DNA of 64,000 nucleotides, from the NCBI GenBank assembly GCA_008632985.1, contig QPGO01000056.1, positions 214,406-278,405 on the forward strand. Direction: 5' to 3'. Made by a program: the position numbers and the translations under genes. The stretch's first letter is position 1; every line of letters begins with the position of its first letter. The notes under the pieces are model-generated. The model saw only the letters and a program-made list of their open reading frames with translations. It was not told the DNA's origin and did not search any database. This stretch comes from Psammoneis japonica. Lineage: Eukaryota. Positions 62,930 through 64,000 of this stretch are shown piece by piece.

Positions 62930-64000
62930 CGTTACACGTGATCTCAGCGCTGTGCAACACGCCATTGCCCACGGTGTTGCCGCTTCTTCTGCCAGCTCCA
63001 GCAATGCCCACTGGGACCTCTGGCGAAGTTTCTGTGACGACTTGGCCCTCGACCCTCTCTTGCAAGACGTCAACGACCCAGTCATCTTTTTCCAAGTTTT
63101 CATGCACCGATTCCGTACAGGCGCCATCGCCCCACGTGGCAATCCCGTCCACGCACACACCGCTGAGGGTGCCTCACGGTCAATTGGCCAAACGTTCGCT
63201 GCAATGGGGTCCCTGGACCCGCGGCACACACTCCAAGGCAACATGGATTTCCGCATTAGCCGCCAAATCCGTTTCCACAAGAAAGAGGATCCTCGCCAGA
63301 CCGGGTCAAACCGGTCCCCGTCACTGTCCTCTTGTGGATTGCCCGTGCCGCTTCCCCAACCAACCATCCGGGCACCCAAGCCATCGCAGACATGACTGCT
63401 TTGGCCTTTTTCTTCCTCCTGCGGCCAGGTGAACACACCGCCACCCCTTCCGACACCACTCCATTTCGGTTGGGGGACGTTCGCCTCTCCGCGGGAGGCA
63501 CTCACCTCGATTTGTTCACCTGCGCCAATGAACACCTCGACACCGCCACCTTTGGCACGCTCACTTTTGCCACACAGAAGAACGGCGTGCGTGGCGAGGT
63601 GACAGGTCTTGGCCTGTCCGGACACCCTGACCTCTGTCCGACACGCGCCCTCATCCGTCGCGTGAAACATCTCCGCACCTTTGGCGCCGCACCAGACATG
63701 CCCCTGGTGTGTGCTTGCACAACAACACCTGGTGCCGTGTCTCTCCCGCCGATGTTGCCAGCATCCTGCGCACCGCAATTCTGGCAATCAGCCCCGCTGC
63801 GCTGGGTTTCACACCCGCCGATGTCTCCGCTCGCTGTTTGCGTGCGGCTGGTGCCATGGCCCTCCTGTGTGCCCATGTTGACACCGACGTGATCCGCCTC
63901 TTAGGCCGATGGCACTCCGACGAGATGCTCCGTTACCTCCACTTACAAGCAGAACCTGTCATGCGCAATTTCGCAACCCGCATGTTTGTGGGCGGCCAAT
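62930..64000 (+). pseudogene. Tyrosine recombinase of YR retroelement (frameshifted)
   Basis: LRPGEH (expected RPGEY), TLTFATQKNG, LCPTRAL, GRWHSDEMLRYLH with the catalytic Tyr. Confidence 0.85.

Larger units (their letters stand above)
58076..64000 (+). mobile_element. Tyrosine-recombinase retrotransposon (DIRS/Ngaro-type), degenerate, runs off window end
   Basis: Gag-like ORF with CxxxHxxxxC knuckle; RT (SPIGVVPQ, KIDSADGFHR, PMGWSNSPPAF, YVDDF); RNase H (HDAAS, DLEL, RTDN, ADDASR); co-oriented YR (FFFLLRPGE, LRAAGAMAL, LGRWHSDEMLRYL). Confidence 0.9.

Overview
Eukaryotic genomic DNA, most likely a diatom (inferred from short GT-AG introns, an ASAF-type plastid presequence and diatom-type Ty1/copia elements). 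The window alternates between ordinary host genes and transposon-derived DNA. Host genes: SNAPC1-like, DIS3/RRP44, FUN14-like, PIG-C, 2H cyclic phosphodiesterase, Topo VI-B-like, plastid PEP synthase, an MLO/EF-hand fusion and an arrestin-like gene. Transposon DNA: two full-length copia LTR elements (1022-7959, 34157-40988), two related tyrosine-recombinase (DIRS-type) retroelements at the window ends, a nested MITE, a non-LTR remnant and a Plavaka-like DNA transposon next to DOT1-like and 2OG-Fe(II) dioxygenase remnants. The main signal is that the repeat-derived DNA, but not the host genes, has been almost stripped of TpA dinucleotides by TA->TG and TA->CA changes (A:T->G:C at TpA on both strands). 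Conserved Tyr codons have become Cys or His and TAA/TAG stops have disappeared. The direction is opposite to fungal RIP. It affects class I and class II elements, appears to outpace CpG decay, and spares element edges. This looks like a repeat-targeted adenine hypermutation (genome-defence) system that I do not recognise as described. No causal enzyme can be identified in this window. All counts were made by eye.
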